From contig JBFWNW010000003.1 in assembly GCA_050250855.1 (NCBI GenBank), forward strand, positions 128,001 through 192,000: 64,000 nt of DNA, read 5' to 3'. The position numbers and the translations under genes are program-made. This DNA is from Candidatus Babeliales bacterium (GTDB lineage Bacteria; Babelota; Babeliae; Babelales; JACPOV01). Below, piece after piece: positions 28,510-38,477 of this stretch (the stretch's first letter is position 1; every line of letters starts with the position of its first letter). The notes beneath the pieces are model-generated. The model was not told where the DNA came from. It worked only from the letters and a program-made list of their open reading frames with translations, and did not search any database.

Positions 28510-29871
28510 ATGCTGTTTTTTATTCTATTTATTATTTTTATTGCTATTAATGCATCATATCCAGAACTTGATACAAATTTTGGCCAAAATGGTAAAGTCA
28601 TAACTGATCTTGGCCGCAATACCGGTGGTGTTAATTGTTATCATCCATCAATGCATGTTGTAACTCAACCAGATGGAAAAATTATTATCGTTGCAGACAT
28701 TTATAGCAATAATATATTCGCTTCTACAGAAATTGTAGATTCTGATTTTCTTCTCATACGCTACAATCCCGACGGCTCACTTGATAAATCTTTTGGAAAT
28801 CAAGGAGTAGTTGCTCTTAAAATAAGTACAAGCGAAGATCCTGATGACTTTGCATTTGATATTGCTTTGCAAAAAAATGGAAAAATTATCGTTGTAGGCC
28901 AAACATGGCAACGAGGAGGAGGTCTTTCTGATGGTGTCTTACTAAGACTAAATCAAAATGGCTCATTAGACCAATCTTTTGGCAATCAAGGCATTATAAT
29001 AGAAAATTATTATGGCCATATTATTTCAGGCTTCTTTAGAGTTAAACTACAAGATGATGAAAAAATTATCGTTGTTGGTTCAGAAGGCCTTGGAGCACCA
29101 AATGCTGATCCAATAGAAAAAAGCTATCGCCAATTCTTCATTGCTCGCTATATAAAAGAAGGAAAAATTGATACTTCATTTGGTGAAAATGGTTATGCTT
29201 CATCACCATTGCAAGATTATGAGATGAGTTTTATTGATGCTATTCATATACAAAAAAATGGAATTATCCTTGTTGCCGGTGCAACCAATGACGTTCGCAC
29301 GGCAGATGAATGGAAAGAACCTTTAAAACATACTGGCGTCGTAAGATCATATCATCCAGATGGATCTCTTAATGAATCTTTTGGCACTAAAGGAACCGTT
29401 ATTTTACCAAATATGGCAATATTAGATATTATAGAACAAGAAGATGGTAAAATTTTAGCTGTAGGCTTTAGTTATAATGCTGGACATAACACACATTGTT
29501 GGAAGATTATTCAACTACTGCCAAATGGACAGCTAAACTATGATTTTAATAAGATATTCAACGAAAATAATCCTATTGAAGGAACTATTCAAAAATGTGC
29601 CGCAAAAAATATTATAGTTAGCTCAACTAATAAAATTCTTGTTACAGGTTATGCAGAACTTGATGGCAAAAACTGTTTTGCTGTTGCTTGCTATAATGAA
29701 GATGGTAGCCTGGATGAAAACTGGGGCAATGAAGGGAAATTATATACCACCTTCGATTCTTATCATGATAAAAGCCTAGCCCTATCACTTCAAGACAATA
29801 AATTAATAGTTGTTGGTGAAAGCTTTAATGGCACATATTTTAATATCGCTCTTGCACGTTTTTTGCTTTAA
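28510..29871 (+). CDS. Secreted delta-60-repeat (beta-propeller-like) protein
   Basis: Recurrent Q.DGKIIVVG...RYN.DGSLD.SFG..G units. Confidence 0.85.
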   Translation: MLFFILFIIFIAINASYPELDTNFGQNGKVITDLGRNTGGVNCYHPSMHVVTQPDGKIIIVADIYSNNIFASTEIVDSDFLLIRYNPDGSLDKSFGNQGVVALKISTSEDPDDFAFDIALQKNGKIIVVGQTWQRGGGLSDGVLLRLNQNGSLDQSFGNQGIIIENYYGHIISGFFRVKLQDDEKIIVVGSEGLGAPNADPIEKSYRQFFIARYIKEGKIDTSFGENGYASSPLQDYEMSFIDAIHIQKNGIILVAGATNDVRTADEWKEPLKHTGVVRSYHPDGSLNESFGTKGTVILPNMAILDIIEQEDGKILAVGFSYNAGHNTHCWKIIQLLPNGQLNYDFNKIFNENNPIEGTIQKCAAKNIIVSSTNKILVTGYAELDGKNCFAVACYNEDGSLDENWGNEGKLYTTFDSYHDKSLALSLQDNKLIVVGESFNGTYFNIALARFLL

Positions 29872-30004
29872 AAAGCAAAATGAAATCAGTCTTTCTTTTT
29901 TGCCATTAATGTAAGAGCATCCATATGCATGACCCATTGCCAGCATACATAAAAAAGCTATTATTTTTTTCATAGAAATTCCATAATTAAAATTATAGAG
30001 AAAC

Positions 30005-30466
30005 TTACTTACCAAAAAATAATTTCCAAATTTTATAAAGAAAGTAACCAGGAATATATTTTTCTGCAGAAGATTTTACTGGATACTGTTTTTTAATTAT
30101 CTTTGGATCTCCAGTACCAGCATAGGATGACAGAATAATATTTTTAGTATCTTCATCCATACTATTATTCTGCATCAAACCAAGCTTATGCAAATTATCT
30201 ACTTTTTCTTTACCAAGAATTTCTGTTGTTATAGATTTTCGCTCTTCTTGTGCATTAGACCACAAAGAGCCCTGAAAATTATAATTTTTTTTATCTGCTG
30301 CACTATAGCGCCATGTCCAATAATAATCTGAGGCTTCAACTTTTTCTAAGCTAGACCAAACTTTATCTATTTTTTCTTGCGGCACATCAACGCCATTGCG
30401 CAATACTGTTGCTTGTACCGATAAAACCATAAAACCAGTCAATAAACTCATCATTATTTTTTTCAT
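30005..30466 (-). CDS. Hypothetical secreted protein
   Basis: AAGGA RBS; signal peptide VQA|TV. Confidence 0.65.
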   Translation of the reverse strand: MKKIMMSLLTGFMVLSVQATVLRNGVDVPQEKIDKVWSSLEKVEASDYYWTWRYSAADKKNYNFQGSLWSNAQEERKSITTEILGKEKVDNLHKLGLMQNNSMDEDTKNIILSSYAGTGDPKIIKKQYPVKSSAEKYIPGYFLYKIWKLFFGK

Positions 30467-30483
30467 AAAATCCTTTATATATA

Positions 30484-30513
30484 AAAAAAAGGCAGACTTT
30501 CATCTGCCTTTTA
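30484..30513 (-). terminator. Intrinsic terminator after rpsT
   Basis: AAAAGGCAGA-CTTTCA-TCTGCCTTTT with an A run on the + strand. Confidence 0.75.
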
Positions 30514-30540
30514 AATTCTTTATAAAACTTTCAACTACGT

Positions 30541-30810
30541 TTAACGAGTAGCTGCAGCAACTTTTTTTGCAAGGTTGCTAATTTTGCGCTCTACGGTATT
30601 AGCGTGTAAAACGCCTTTACTTTTTGCGCGTGATAATTTTGCTTCTGCATCACGAAGTAACGTTTGCATTTCTTGTGCAGAAAGACCAGTTTCTAAAGCT
30701 GCCACAACTTTTTTTATTGCAGTCTTTATTGCTGTTTTACGCGTCAAGTTTTTTTGACGACGTCCAATATTTTGTTTTGCTCTTTTTTTGGATGACTTAA
30801 GTCTTGCCAT
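30541..30810 (-). CDS. rpsT: 30S ribosomal protein S20
   Basis: KSSKKRAKQ, KGVLHANT..RK.S.L. Confidence 0.95.
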   Translation of the reverse strand: MARLKSSKKRAKQNIGRRQKNLTRKTAIKTAIKKVVAALETGLSAQEMQTLLRDAEAKLSRAKSKGVLHANTVERKISNLAKKVAAATR

Positions 30811-30825
30811 TAAAATACCTCTATC

Positions 30826-31026
30826 TTAAACAACTTTTTCAACTTTACCTGCTTTTACACATTTTGTGCAAACAGCACCACGTTTTACCTTGCCTGGCTC
30901 TGTATGTAACTTGAAGCGCATGGTGTGCACATTCGGGTAAAGCCAACGTTTTACACGATTATTAGCATGGCTCACTAAATTGCCAACGGAAGGTTTTTTA
31001 TTACAAACAGTACAAATTCGTGCCAT
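30826..31026 (-). CDS. rpmB: 50S ribosomal protein L28 (CxxC form)
   Basis: MARICTVC.K, GNLVSHANN, PNV, VCTKC. Confidence 0.95.
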   Translation of the reverse strand: MARICTVCNKKPSVGNLVSHANNRVKRWLYPNVHTMRFKLHTEPGKVKRGAVCTKCVKAGKVEKVV

Positions 31027-31092
31027 GATATATTAAATCCTTACTATAATTATGTCTTTAATACTATTACTTTACTAAAACTGATATATTTT

Positions 31093-31893
31093 TCAATCTA
31101 TTTTTACGTTCTGATCATGAAAAAAGCTTAAAAGCTTCCTATGCATGAGATCAGCCCCCGCTACATATGATCGATAACCAGGTATAACCGGCTTGCCTGT
31201 ATAGGTGGAAACTATACCGCCAGCCTCCTGAATTAGTATTAAACCAGCTGCCACATCCCACCACGATAAATCCTCAAAAAAGATACCATCTGCGCGGCCA
31301 CAGGCAACGTATGCCTGATCAAGCGCTATTGCTCCCAGGTGCCTAAATGCATAGGTGCGCGGCGAAATATCCTCAAGATGATGCAGCACACTCAAAAAAG
31401 CTTTACCTTTAGCATACGGAAACCCTACTAAAAAGAGAGAACGGTCCAATGAACGCTCTTTGGATACCGTAATTTTTTGGTCATTCAAAAATGCTCCTGC
31501 TCCCTTTTGAGCGTAAAAAAGCTCATCAAAAAGCGGTACATAGATCATGCCAAAAACCGGCTGCTGTTTGTAAGTCAATGCTACCGATATGCAAAAATAA
31601 GGAATACCAAACGCAAAGTTGGTGGTACCATCAAGGGGATCTATAACCCAACAATAATCCGCATCTTGATTGCCTCGCTTGCCCGATTCTTCAGCAAAAA
31701 ATGATGCTTCCGGCATCACATTGGCAAGCTCTTGCATTAAAAATGTCTCGCTTGCCAGATCAGCTTCGGTCACAAATCCCTGATCTTTTTTATCACGCCA
31801 GGTCATCTGCTTGTGATAATAGAAAAGAAGAATCTCTCCCGCTTTACGTATAATCGGCTCAACCTGTAGCTTAAGCTCTTTATGCATCAGCAA
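31093..31893 (-). CDS. suhB: Inositol monophosphatase family protein
   Basis: [27 protein letters not shown]. Confidence 0.9.
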   Translation of the reverse strand: MLMHKELKLQVEPIIRKAGEILLFYYHKQMTWRDKKDQGFVTEADLASETFLMQELANVMPEASFFAEESGKRGNQDADYCWVIDPLDGTTNFAFGIPYFCISVALTYKQQPVFGMIYVPLFDELFYAQKGAGAFLNDQKITVSKERSLDRSLFLVGFPYAKGKAFLSVLHHLEDISPRTYAFRHLGAIALDQAYVACGRADGIFFEDLSWWDVAAGLILIQEAGGIVSTYTGKPVIPGYRSYVAGADLMHRKLLSFFHDQNVKID

Positions 31894-34558
31894 GTGCCTT
31901 ATCTGTTAAACGAAAACTTTCACGCGGTTCAATACCCAAAAGCTTATAAATTTCATCAGCATACAATGTTTCTTTTTCAAGAAGTGTTTTTGCCAAGAGA
32001 TCAAGCTTGTCGCGATTATCTTTTAATAATTTCTCAGTTCTTTGTTGTGCATCTTTGAGTAAGTTATGAACTACTTCATCAATCTTTTCAGCAGTTTTTT
32101 GTGAATACTCAAATTGGCCGTTACCTTGATTATAAACAACGGTGCCAAGCTCATCGGTCATACCATAACGGCACACCATATTACGCGCAGCATGTGATGC
32201 TTTGTTAAAATCATCAGCAGCACCAGAACTCAATACATTAAAAATAATCGTTTCAGCAACACGGCCACCTAAGGCAACCATGATATCAGCAAAAATCTCT
32301 TCTTTAGTTGCAAGATATTTTTCACGGTCAGGTAATGAATAGGAAACTCCTAATGCTTTACCTCGTGGCAAAATAGTAACCTTGTGTAAAGGATCTGCAT
32401 GATCTGGCAATAAAAGACGAATCAACGTATGGCCAGATTCATGGAATGCAACCATTTCACGCTCTTTTGGTGATAACACCACTGAACGCAACTCTTTACC
32501 TAATAAAATTTTATCACGCGCTTGCTCAAAATCTGTCATGCTTACCGTTTGTTTTTCTTGATGCTTTGTTGCAAGCAATGCCGCTTCATTGACCAAGTTT
32601 GCCAAATCAGCACCAGAAAAGCCTGGCGTTCCTCGTGCAATACGCATCAAATCAACATCAGTATCTAATTTTATTTTTTTTGCATGAACAGCAAGAATTT
32701 GCTCACGACTTTTAATATCTGGATACGGCACATCAACTCTACGGTCAAATCTGCCTGGACGCAATAACGCGTTATCAAGCATATCAGGACGGTTTGTTGC
32801 CGCCATAACAATAACAGTAGAACCTTCTGAATTAAAACCATCCATTTCTGTTAACAATTGGTTTAATGTTTGCGCTCGCTCATCGCTGCCGCCATCAAAA
32901 CCTGCAACACGCTTGCCACCAACTGCATCAATTTCATCAATAAATACTATAGATGGCGAGTGTTTACGCACTTGTGCAAAAAGCTCACGTACGCGAGAAG
33001 CACCAACGCCAACATACATTTCTACAAAATCTGAAGCACTTACGCTAAAGAATGGACAGTTTGCTTCGCCAGCAACTGCTTTGGCCAATAATGTTTTACC
33101 ATTACCAGGTTCCCCAACAAGCAATACACCACTTGGCAATGTTGCTCCTAGGCGACGATATTTTTCAGGATTTTTAAGAAAATCTACCACTTCCTGCAGC
33201 TCTTCTTTTGCTTCAGGAATACCAGCAACATCATCAAATTTCGTTTTTACTTGGGTAGGCATAAACATTTTTGGCTTACTGCTACTTTTACCAAGCATAG
33301 CACCACTGCCCATAGAAGCTTTTTTACGCGATTCTAAAATAGCGGTACGTGCATCAAGTAAATCTTGCATGCCAACTTTTTTCTGATTTTTCTTTGAGCA
33401 ACTAATAGCTGCTTCATTAACAAGATTTTCTAAATCAGCACCAGAAAAACCTGCTGTTTCTTGCGCTAATTGCTCAAAATCAATAGCGTCTTCAACGCGC
33501 ACTTTACGTGTATGAATTTCTAAAATTTCTTTACGTGTTTGTGTATCGGGATATTCAACCGTCACCCAACGGTCAAAGCGACCAGGGCGCAAGAGCGCTT
33601 TATCAAGCACTTCAGGAATATTGGTTGCTGCAATAACAATAACATTAGAATTTAATGCATCAAAACCATCCATTTCAGTAAGCAACTGGTTTAATGTTTG
33701 TTCACGTTCGTCATGACCACCACCAAAACCACTACCGCGAGAACGGCCAATAGCATCAATCTCATCAATAAAAATAATAGCTGGTGCATGTTTGCGAGCC
33801 TGTGCAAAAAGATCACGTACACGGGCAGCGCCAACACCAACAAATACTTCTATAAAATCTGAACCGGTAATACTAAAGAAAGGACAGTTTGCCTCACCTG
33901 CAACTGCTTTAGCTAATAATGTTTTACCATTACCAGGTTCACCAACTAATAAAACACCACGAGGAATTTTTGCGCCCAAACGGCGATATTTTTCAGGATT
34001 TTTCAAAAAATCAACGATATCGGCAAGCGCTTCTTTTGCCTGCTTTGAACCAGCAACAGAATTAAAGCCTACATTAATCATAGAAGGCATTACCATACGC
34101 GCTCGGCTTTTGCCCATATTAAAGATGCTGCTCCCACTTCCGCCAGAACCTTGTCCGCGACGGAAAAAGTACCAAACAGCTAAAGGTAAAAGTAATAACA
34201 ATGATAAAAAGACCATGTACCACATGCCATAAGAGCTTGATACCGGGATAACGTGAATATCAACGCCATGCTCTTTTAAAAGATCCCAATTTCTTGGGGT
34301 ATCAACAATCGTTGCTTCAAAGCGAGTTCCATCTTTATCATTCAAAACACCGTATACATCTTGTCCTGCTATTTGAACAGATTTTACTTTACCCTGCTCT
34401 ACCGCAGCAATAAAGCTTGAATAATGCATAGTTTTTACCTGACGAGAATAGTCAGTCAAATAGGTAAGCATAATGATACCAAACAGAAATGCCCCTACCA
34501 TAATAAGGATATTTTTTGGTCCTTTTGGTACATGATTCATGGTAAATTTGTTTTTCAT
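31880..34558 (-). CDS. ftsH: ATP-dependent Zn metalloprotease FtsH with two tandem AAA+ modules
   Basis: 2 [25 protein letters not shown] each present twice; HESGH in the M41 domain. Confidence 0.95.
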   Translation of the reverse strand: MKNKFTMNHVPKGPKNILIMVGAFLFGIIMLTYLTDYSRQVKTMHYSSFIAAVEQGKVKSVQIAGQDVYGVLNDKDGTRFEATIVDTPRNWDLLKEHGVDIHVIPVSSSYGMWYMVFLSLLLLLPLAVWYFFRRGQGSGGSGSSIFNMGKSRARMVMPSMINVGFNSVAGSKQAKEALADIVDFLKNPEKYRRLGAKIPRGVLLVGEPGNGKTLLAKAVAGEANCPFFSITGSDFIEVFVGVGAARVRDLFAQARKHAPAIIFIDEIDAIGRSRGSGFGGGHDEREQTLNQLLTEMDGFDALNSNVIVIAATNIPEVLDKALLRPGRFDRWVTVEYPDTQTRKEILEIHTRKVRVEDAIDFEQLAQETAGFSGADLENLVNEAAISCSKKNQKKVGMQDLLDARTAILESRKKASMGSGAMLGKSSSKPKMFMPTQVKTKFDDVAGIPEAKEELQEVVDFLKNPEKYRRLGATLPSGVLLVGEPGNGKTLLAKAVAGEANCPFFSVSASDFVEMYVGVGASRVRELFAQVRKHSPSIVFIDEIDAVGGKRVAGFDGGSDERAQTLNQLLTEMDGFNSEGSTVIVMAATNRPDMLDNALLRPGRFDRRVDVPYPDIKSREQILAVHAKKIKLDTDVDLMRIARGTPGFSGADLANLVNEAALLATKHQEKQTVSMTDFEQARDKILLGKELRSVVLSPKEREMVAFHESGHTLIRLLLPDHADPLHKVTILPRGKALGVSYSLPDREKYLATKEEIFADIMVALGGRVAETIIFNVLSSGAADDFNKASHAARNMVCRYGMTDELGTVVYNQGNGQFEYSQKTAEKIDEVVHNLLKDAQQRTEKLLKDNRDKLDLLAKTLLEKETLYADEIYKLLGIEPRESFRLTDKALADA

Positions 34559-34728
34559 ACTGTCCTTAGATTAAGTTAAATAAAAAATTATGATCTATCA
34601 GTAAGAATTAGGTCTAAAAGACCGGTTGTCTTTATATTCTAATTGTACTATAAAAATTACAGAAATAAAAAGGTTTAACGCATATTACTCGTTATTATAG
34701 TAAAATAGCTTCATTTTGTCGATCTCTA

Positions 34729-36063
34729 TCAACTAACTACTAAAGGAACCTTATAGGCAGGCGACCAGGCAGGATGGTTACAACGATCCTGTGCTGAGGT
34801 CAAAAAGGTTCGCTCTTGCGTAACAAGATTCAGTACCGCTATACGGCTAGCTGAACCTGTCTGCACTGTAAAAGCAAGATAGTTGCCACAAGGGGACCAG
34901 GTACATTCTTCTTTATGGTTTTTATCAAAGGTTACCTGTTCACTTTTTTTGGTTTTCATATCATAGACAAAAATTTGCATAGCCCCATCAACAAACGCAC
35001 TATACGCTATTTTGCCACTTTTAGCACAATAGGCTGGGCTCACACAATGGTCGCCATCGGTCAATACTTCTGTTTGCTCGGTAAATGCATGGTAGTAGCA
35101 CACCTGTGGCCCTTTTTTGTAAGCATCAGAACAAAAAATAATATCCCCATTTTCACACAACGTTGGACAAACATTATTACCATTATTAGCAGTAATTGGC
35201 CGCACTAAAGATTCATCATCTTTTTGTTCACATACATATAACTGACTTTTTCCATTCAATGAACGACAATAAATAACGCGCTTACTATCTGCAGAAAATG
35301 AAGGCAACATATTAAACCCGTCAAAATTAGAAACGAGTTTTCGTTGTTTGTGCAAATCAACCGACATTAAACGAATGTTAGAACGCGTTGCCTCCGAATA
35401 TAATAATAATGGTGAAATGCTGTCTTTGTTCCAGCGCAGGGCAAATGCTCTACCCTTTTCTACTAAGGGCGTGCAAAATTCATTATAGAGTGATTGTGCA
35501 GGATCTGCATATGGCGGTGCCAGGCAAATAGTGCGTGCTCGTTTTTTTTCACCCTGCACTTCTTTACAAAATGCAATACGAGAGGTAAAAAAGCCCTCCT
35601 GTCCTGTCAAAAGCGGCCACAATTGCCCTGCTAATAATTCTGCTCTGCAGCGCACCGGCATATCTTGTTTTGCAAAACGCTTACCGCGCACCATTGAAGC
35701 TACTTTGGTATCATACATGCGCCACTCTAAAAAATTATCCGCTGATTCAGTTATAAATACCGAAAGAGGAAAACCATCTACGGCCATCTGTTTTACTTGT
35801 TTTGTAGTAGGAACTTTTTCAAACGATTTTACCGTAACTTTAAAACCACTGGTGCGTTGGTTCGTGCGATCAAGCATAATTTTTATATACCGCGCAAACT
35901 CATCAAGTTCTGCGGTATGTTTACCAACGACACCAAGCAATAGAGGCATTTTTTGTTGCTGTTCTTGCTTGCTTTGAATGGTCATGGTTGAGGCTTGCGG
36001 CTTTGCATACAATGCTTGCTGCATTACAAAAATCATTACTAATGACAAAAGCTTTTTTTTCAT
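34729..36063 (-). CDS. tolB: TolB-like periplasmic beta-propeller
   Basis: GFFTSRIAF, PD40-like repeats (PSFSADS, TWSPCG, PAWSP); operon context. Confidence 0.82.
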   Translation of the reverse strand: MKKKLLSLVMIFVMQQALYAKPQASTMTIQSKQEQQQKMPLLLGVVGKHTAELDEFARYIKIMLDRTNQRTSGFKVTVKSFEKVPTTKQVKQMAVDGFPLSVFITESADNFLEWRMYDTKVASMVRGKRFAKQDMPVRCRAELLAGQLWPLLTGQEGFFTSRIAFCKEVQGEKKRARTICLAPPYADPAQSLYNEFCTPLVEKGRAFALRWNKDSISPLLLYSEATRSNIRLMSVDLHKQRKLVSNFDGFNMLPSFSADSKRVIYCRSLNGKSQLYVCEQKDDESLVRPITANNGNNVCPTLCENGDIIFCSDAYKKGPQVCYYHAFTEQTEVLTDGDHCVSPAYCAKSGKIAYSAFVDGAMQIFVYDMKTKKSEQVTFDKNHKEECTWSPCGNYLAFTVQTGSASRIAVLNLVTQERTFLTSAQDRCNHPAWSPAYKVPLVVS

Positions 36064-36093
36064 AATACTCCTAATTTTGTCTAACTACTTTTA

Positions 36094-36157
36094 AGTTCAT
36101 ATGGTTCGAAACGTCCAGACTTCGTCAAACTACGCTGGACTCCTCACCATGAACGGG
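36094..36157 (-). repeat. REP-like hairpin repeat, copy C
   Basis: Reverse complement: CCCGTTCATGGTGAG-GAGTCCAGCGTAGTTTGACGAAGTCTGGACGTT-TCGAACCATATGAAC. Confidence 0.8.
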
Positions 36158-36224
36158 AGAGGGTAAGCAGTTATCAATTTAATTCAAGTTATTAAGCCTT
36201 AGACAAAACTAAAATATTTTTTAT

Positions 36225-36275
36225 CCGTTCATGGTGAGGGTTTTTCAAAGAAAAATGTCTCGAACCATACGAACT
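36225..36275 (+). repeat. REP-like hairpin repeat, copy B
   Basis: CCGTTCATGGTGAG-GGTTTTTCAAAGAAAAATGTC-TCGAACCATACGAAC. Confidence 0.8.
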
Positions 36276-36283
36276 CTATCAGC

Positions 36284-37018
36284 TTACTGCTTAAAGGTAA
36301 TAACAACTTCCTTGCCCCATAACTGTTTTGGAAATTTCATATTCATTAATGCTGCACGCGCTGCAATATCATACGTAATAACAGACGAAGATTCTTCAAT
36401 ACCACAGGTACGCACAGCACCTTTATGATCAATAACTACCTTCAATGCACAATGCACCGTACTTGCAATGCCAACGGGAGGATGCCATACTTTTTGGATT
36501 TCTTGCTCAAGCTGATCTTGTAAATCGAGCATAATTTTATCATCACGGCCAACGTAAATAATCTGTTCTTCCTGTTTTACCGGTGCGGCTTTTGGTGGCA
36601 TAGTTTTTTGTACCAGTTTTGGTGCGGGTTTTTGTGCTATTTTTTTTTGTTCTATTTTTTGCTCAGGTTTTTTTGCTGGCTCAACTTTTTTTTCTGCTAC
36701 AACCGTTGTCTGTTTTTTTTGTTCAACTTTTTTTGGCACTGGTTGTTGTGCAGCCTTTTGTTGTGCTACTACTACCGGTTGTTGCGCAATAGTTTTTAAT
36801 GTTGGCACCAATACTATTTTTGCAGCATGAGCACGCGGTTGCACCACAAGATGCAGTTTGCTCGGGTGCTGCATTTCATACAACCATAAAATCATACAAC
36901 AAGCGATACCGTGTAATGTGCTTGAAAGTACAAAAAGCTTACTCAGATACCGATAGCGTTCAGGCACGCGTTGCAATAGCTTTTTGCATTGCAATATTGA
37001 CATCTTTAATTCCCCCAA
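36284..37018 (-). CDS. TolA/TonB-like energy transducer (start uncertain)
   Basis: TM helix with S..LH, K/P/Q-rich linker, C-terminal IQKVWHPP...SS...YD.AA. Confidence 0.8.
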   Translation of the reverse strand: MGELKMSILQCKKLLQRVPERYRYLSKLFVLSSTLHGIACCMILWLYEMQHPSKLHLVVQPRAHAAKIVLVPTLKTIAQQPVVVAQQKAAQQPVPKKVEQKKQTTVVAEKKVEPAKKPEQKIEQKKIAQKPAPKLVQKTMPPKAAPVKQEEQIIYVGRDDKIMLDLQDQLEQEIQKVWHPPVGIASTVHCALKVVIDHKGAVRTCGIEESSSVITYDIAARAALMNMKFPKQLWGKEVVITFKQ

Positions 37019-37400
37019 TAGTTTTTATGCGGTCAATAACGCCAACCAAAAGATCACAAGAACTTTTTGCGTGTGCATGAACCCAAATACTTTGCTCAGA
37101 ATTATATTTTTGTGCTACATGTTTTTTTACCGCTTCTCCTACGGTATCCAAAGAAACTTCATTATTATTAAAAAAGATTTTACCAGCAGTATCAATGGAA
37201 ATAATAAGCTGCTGCGGCTCTTTACCTGCTTCTTGCGAAGAACCTTTTGGCAAATCAATTTTTAATGCATTATGCAACATCGGCGTTGCAACCATAAAAA
37301 TAATAAGCAACGTTAACGCTGTATCAATAAGTGGAGTTAAACTTACTTCTGGAATTACATTGCGTTGACGTTTGCGTTGGTGGTAACGACGCATCATCAT
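36960..37400 (-). CDS. tolR: TolR/ExbD
   Basis: LTPLIDTALTLLIIFMVATP, IDLP. Confidence 0.85.
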   Translation of the reverse strand: MMMRRYHQRKRQRNVIPEVSLTPLIDTALTLLIIFMVATPMLHNALKIDLPKGSSQEAGKEPQQLIISIDTAGKIFFNNNEVSLDTVGEAVKKHVAQKYNSEQSIWVHAHAKSSCDLLVGVIDRIKTIGGIKDVNIAMQKAIATRA

Positions 37401-37404
37401 AACA

Positions 37405-38091
37405 CTACCTTTTTATAAATAACATTTGTACAAGCCATGACAGTTTGTCTGCCAAATTAAACAGCTTGTGTTCAAAACTACGCACTTGTGTATTTAAGTA
37501 ATGGAACATTAAGAGTGCAGGAATTGCCACTAATAATCCTACCAAGGTAGTAATTAATGCTTCTGCTATACCGGGTGCAATAGTAGCAATATCTGCTTGT
37601 TGCGTTTCACTAATACGAATGAAAGAATGCACCAAGCCCCACACCGTACCAAAAAGACCAAGTAATGGCGCAGCTGCTGCAGATCCTGACAAAATAGGCA
37701 AATATGATTCTTCTTGATACAGCACTTCTTCAATAGTTTGTTCTACATGCTGCATTAAAAGTTCTAATTCATGCTCACTCAATGGCATTAAACTTTCTTT
37801 AACTTCTAACAATGATTTTAAAAATGATAAATTTTTAGCAACAACGTACCCTGGCAGCGTGTGAGAAAATGCTGCAGCCATAGTACGTAGATCATCAAGA
37901 TTGTGAACCTTTTTTAAATAGTTTAGCGCTTCTTTTAATTGCCGCTTTTTAATTCTAAACATTACTATTTTGTAAAAAAAGACCGTCCAACAAAGAATAG
38001 ACATGAATAGCAAAATAAGAAGCACAAATTTGGTCATGCTATCTGATTGTGCTATTAAATTAAAAAATGCATTACCCTCTAAAAATCCCAT
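37405..38091 (-). CDS. tolQ: TolQ/ExbB
   Basis: APLLGLFGTVWG, IAPGIAEALITT..GL.VAIPA. Confidence 0.88.
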   Translation of the reverse strand: MGFLEGNAFFNLIAQSDSMTKFVLLILLFMSILCWTVFFYKIVMFRIKKRQLKEALNYLKKVHNLDDLRTMAAAFSHTLPGYVVAKNLSFLKSLLEVKESLMPLSEHELELLMQHVEQTIEEVLYQEESYLPILSGSAAAAPLLGLFGTVWGLVHSFIRISETQQADIATIAPGIAEALITTLVGLLVAIPALLMFHYLNTQVRSFEHKLFNLADKLSWLVQMLFIKR

Positions 38092-38200
38092 CGCTCTTCC
38101 TTTATATAGTGGACAAAAAAATTTTTAAGTACTTTTTACACTTTATAGTAGTGTAGCGTAGAGTACAAAACTATGACAAGTATTTTAATACTGAATATGA

Positions 38201-38242
38201 CCCTTCGATACAATTTACTACGTAAATCACTCAGGGCGAGCG
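38201..38242 (-). repeat. REP-like hairpin repeat, copy F (CCC/GGG stem variant)
   Basis: Reverse complement: CGCTCGCCCTGAG-TGATTTACGTAGTAAATTGTA-TCGAAGGG. Confidence 0.72.
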
Positions 38243-38477
38243 AAATATAATTTTGTACATTCACTCCGGTAGCGAATCATCAATCTGAAATCGAGGGTTG
38301 AAAACCCGAAGAGTGAGTGTTTGATGCTGAGCGAGAGTGCAATCCAACAGCATGTTGGTGTATTTTTGTCCAGCCCTTTTGTACAAGCAAAAGGGGTTGG
38401 TTCTGCCCCGAATAGGGGTCGTGAGATAATGAATACTTAAAAATAAAATATAGTTAGAAAAATAATTATTAAAAAAA

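Noticed and set aside
32913..34232. Two similar + strand ORFs (157 and 146 aa)
   Set aside because: Antisense shadows of the duplicated FtsH AAA modules
38262..38426. 6S RNA or tmRNA candidate
   Set aside because: No long terminal pairing, central bubble or tRNA-like ends recognised
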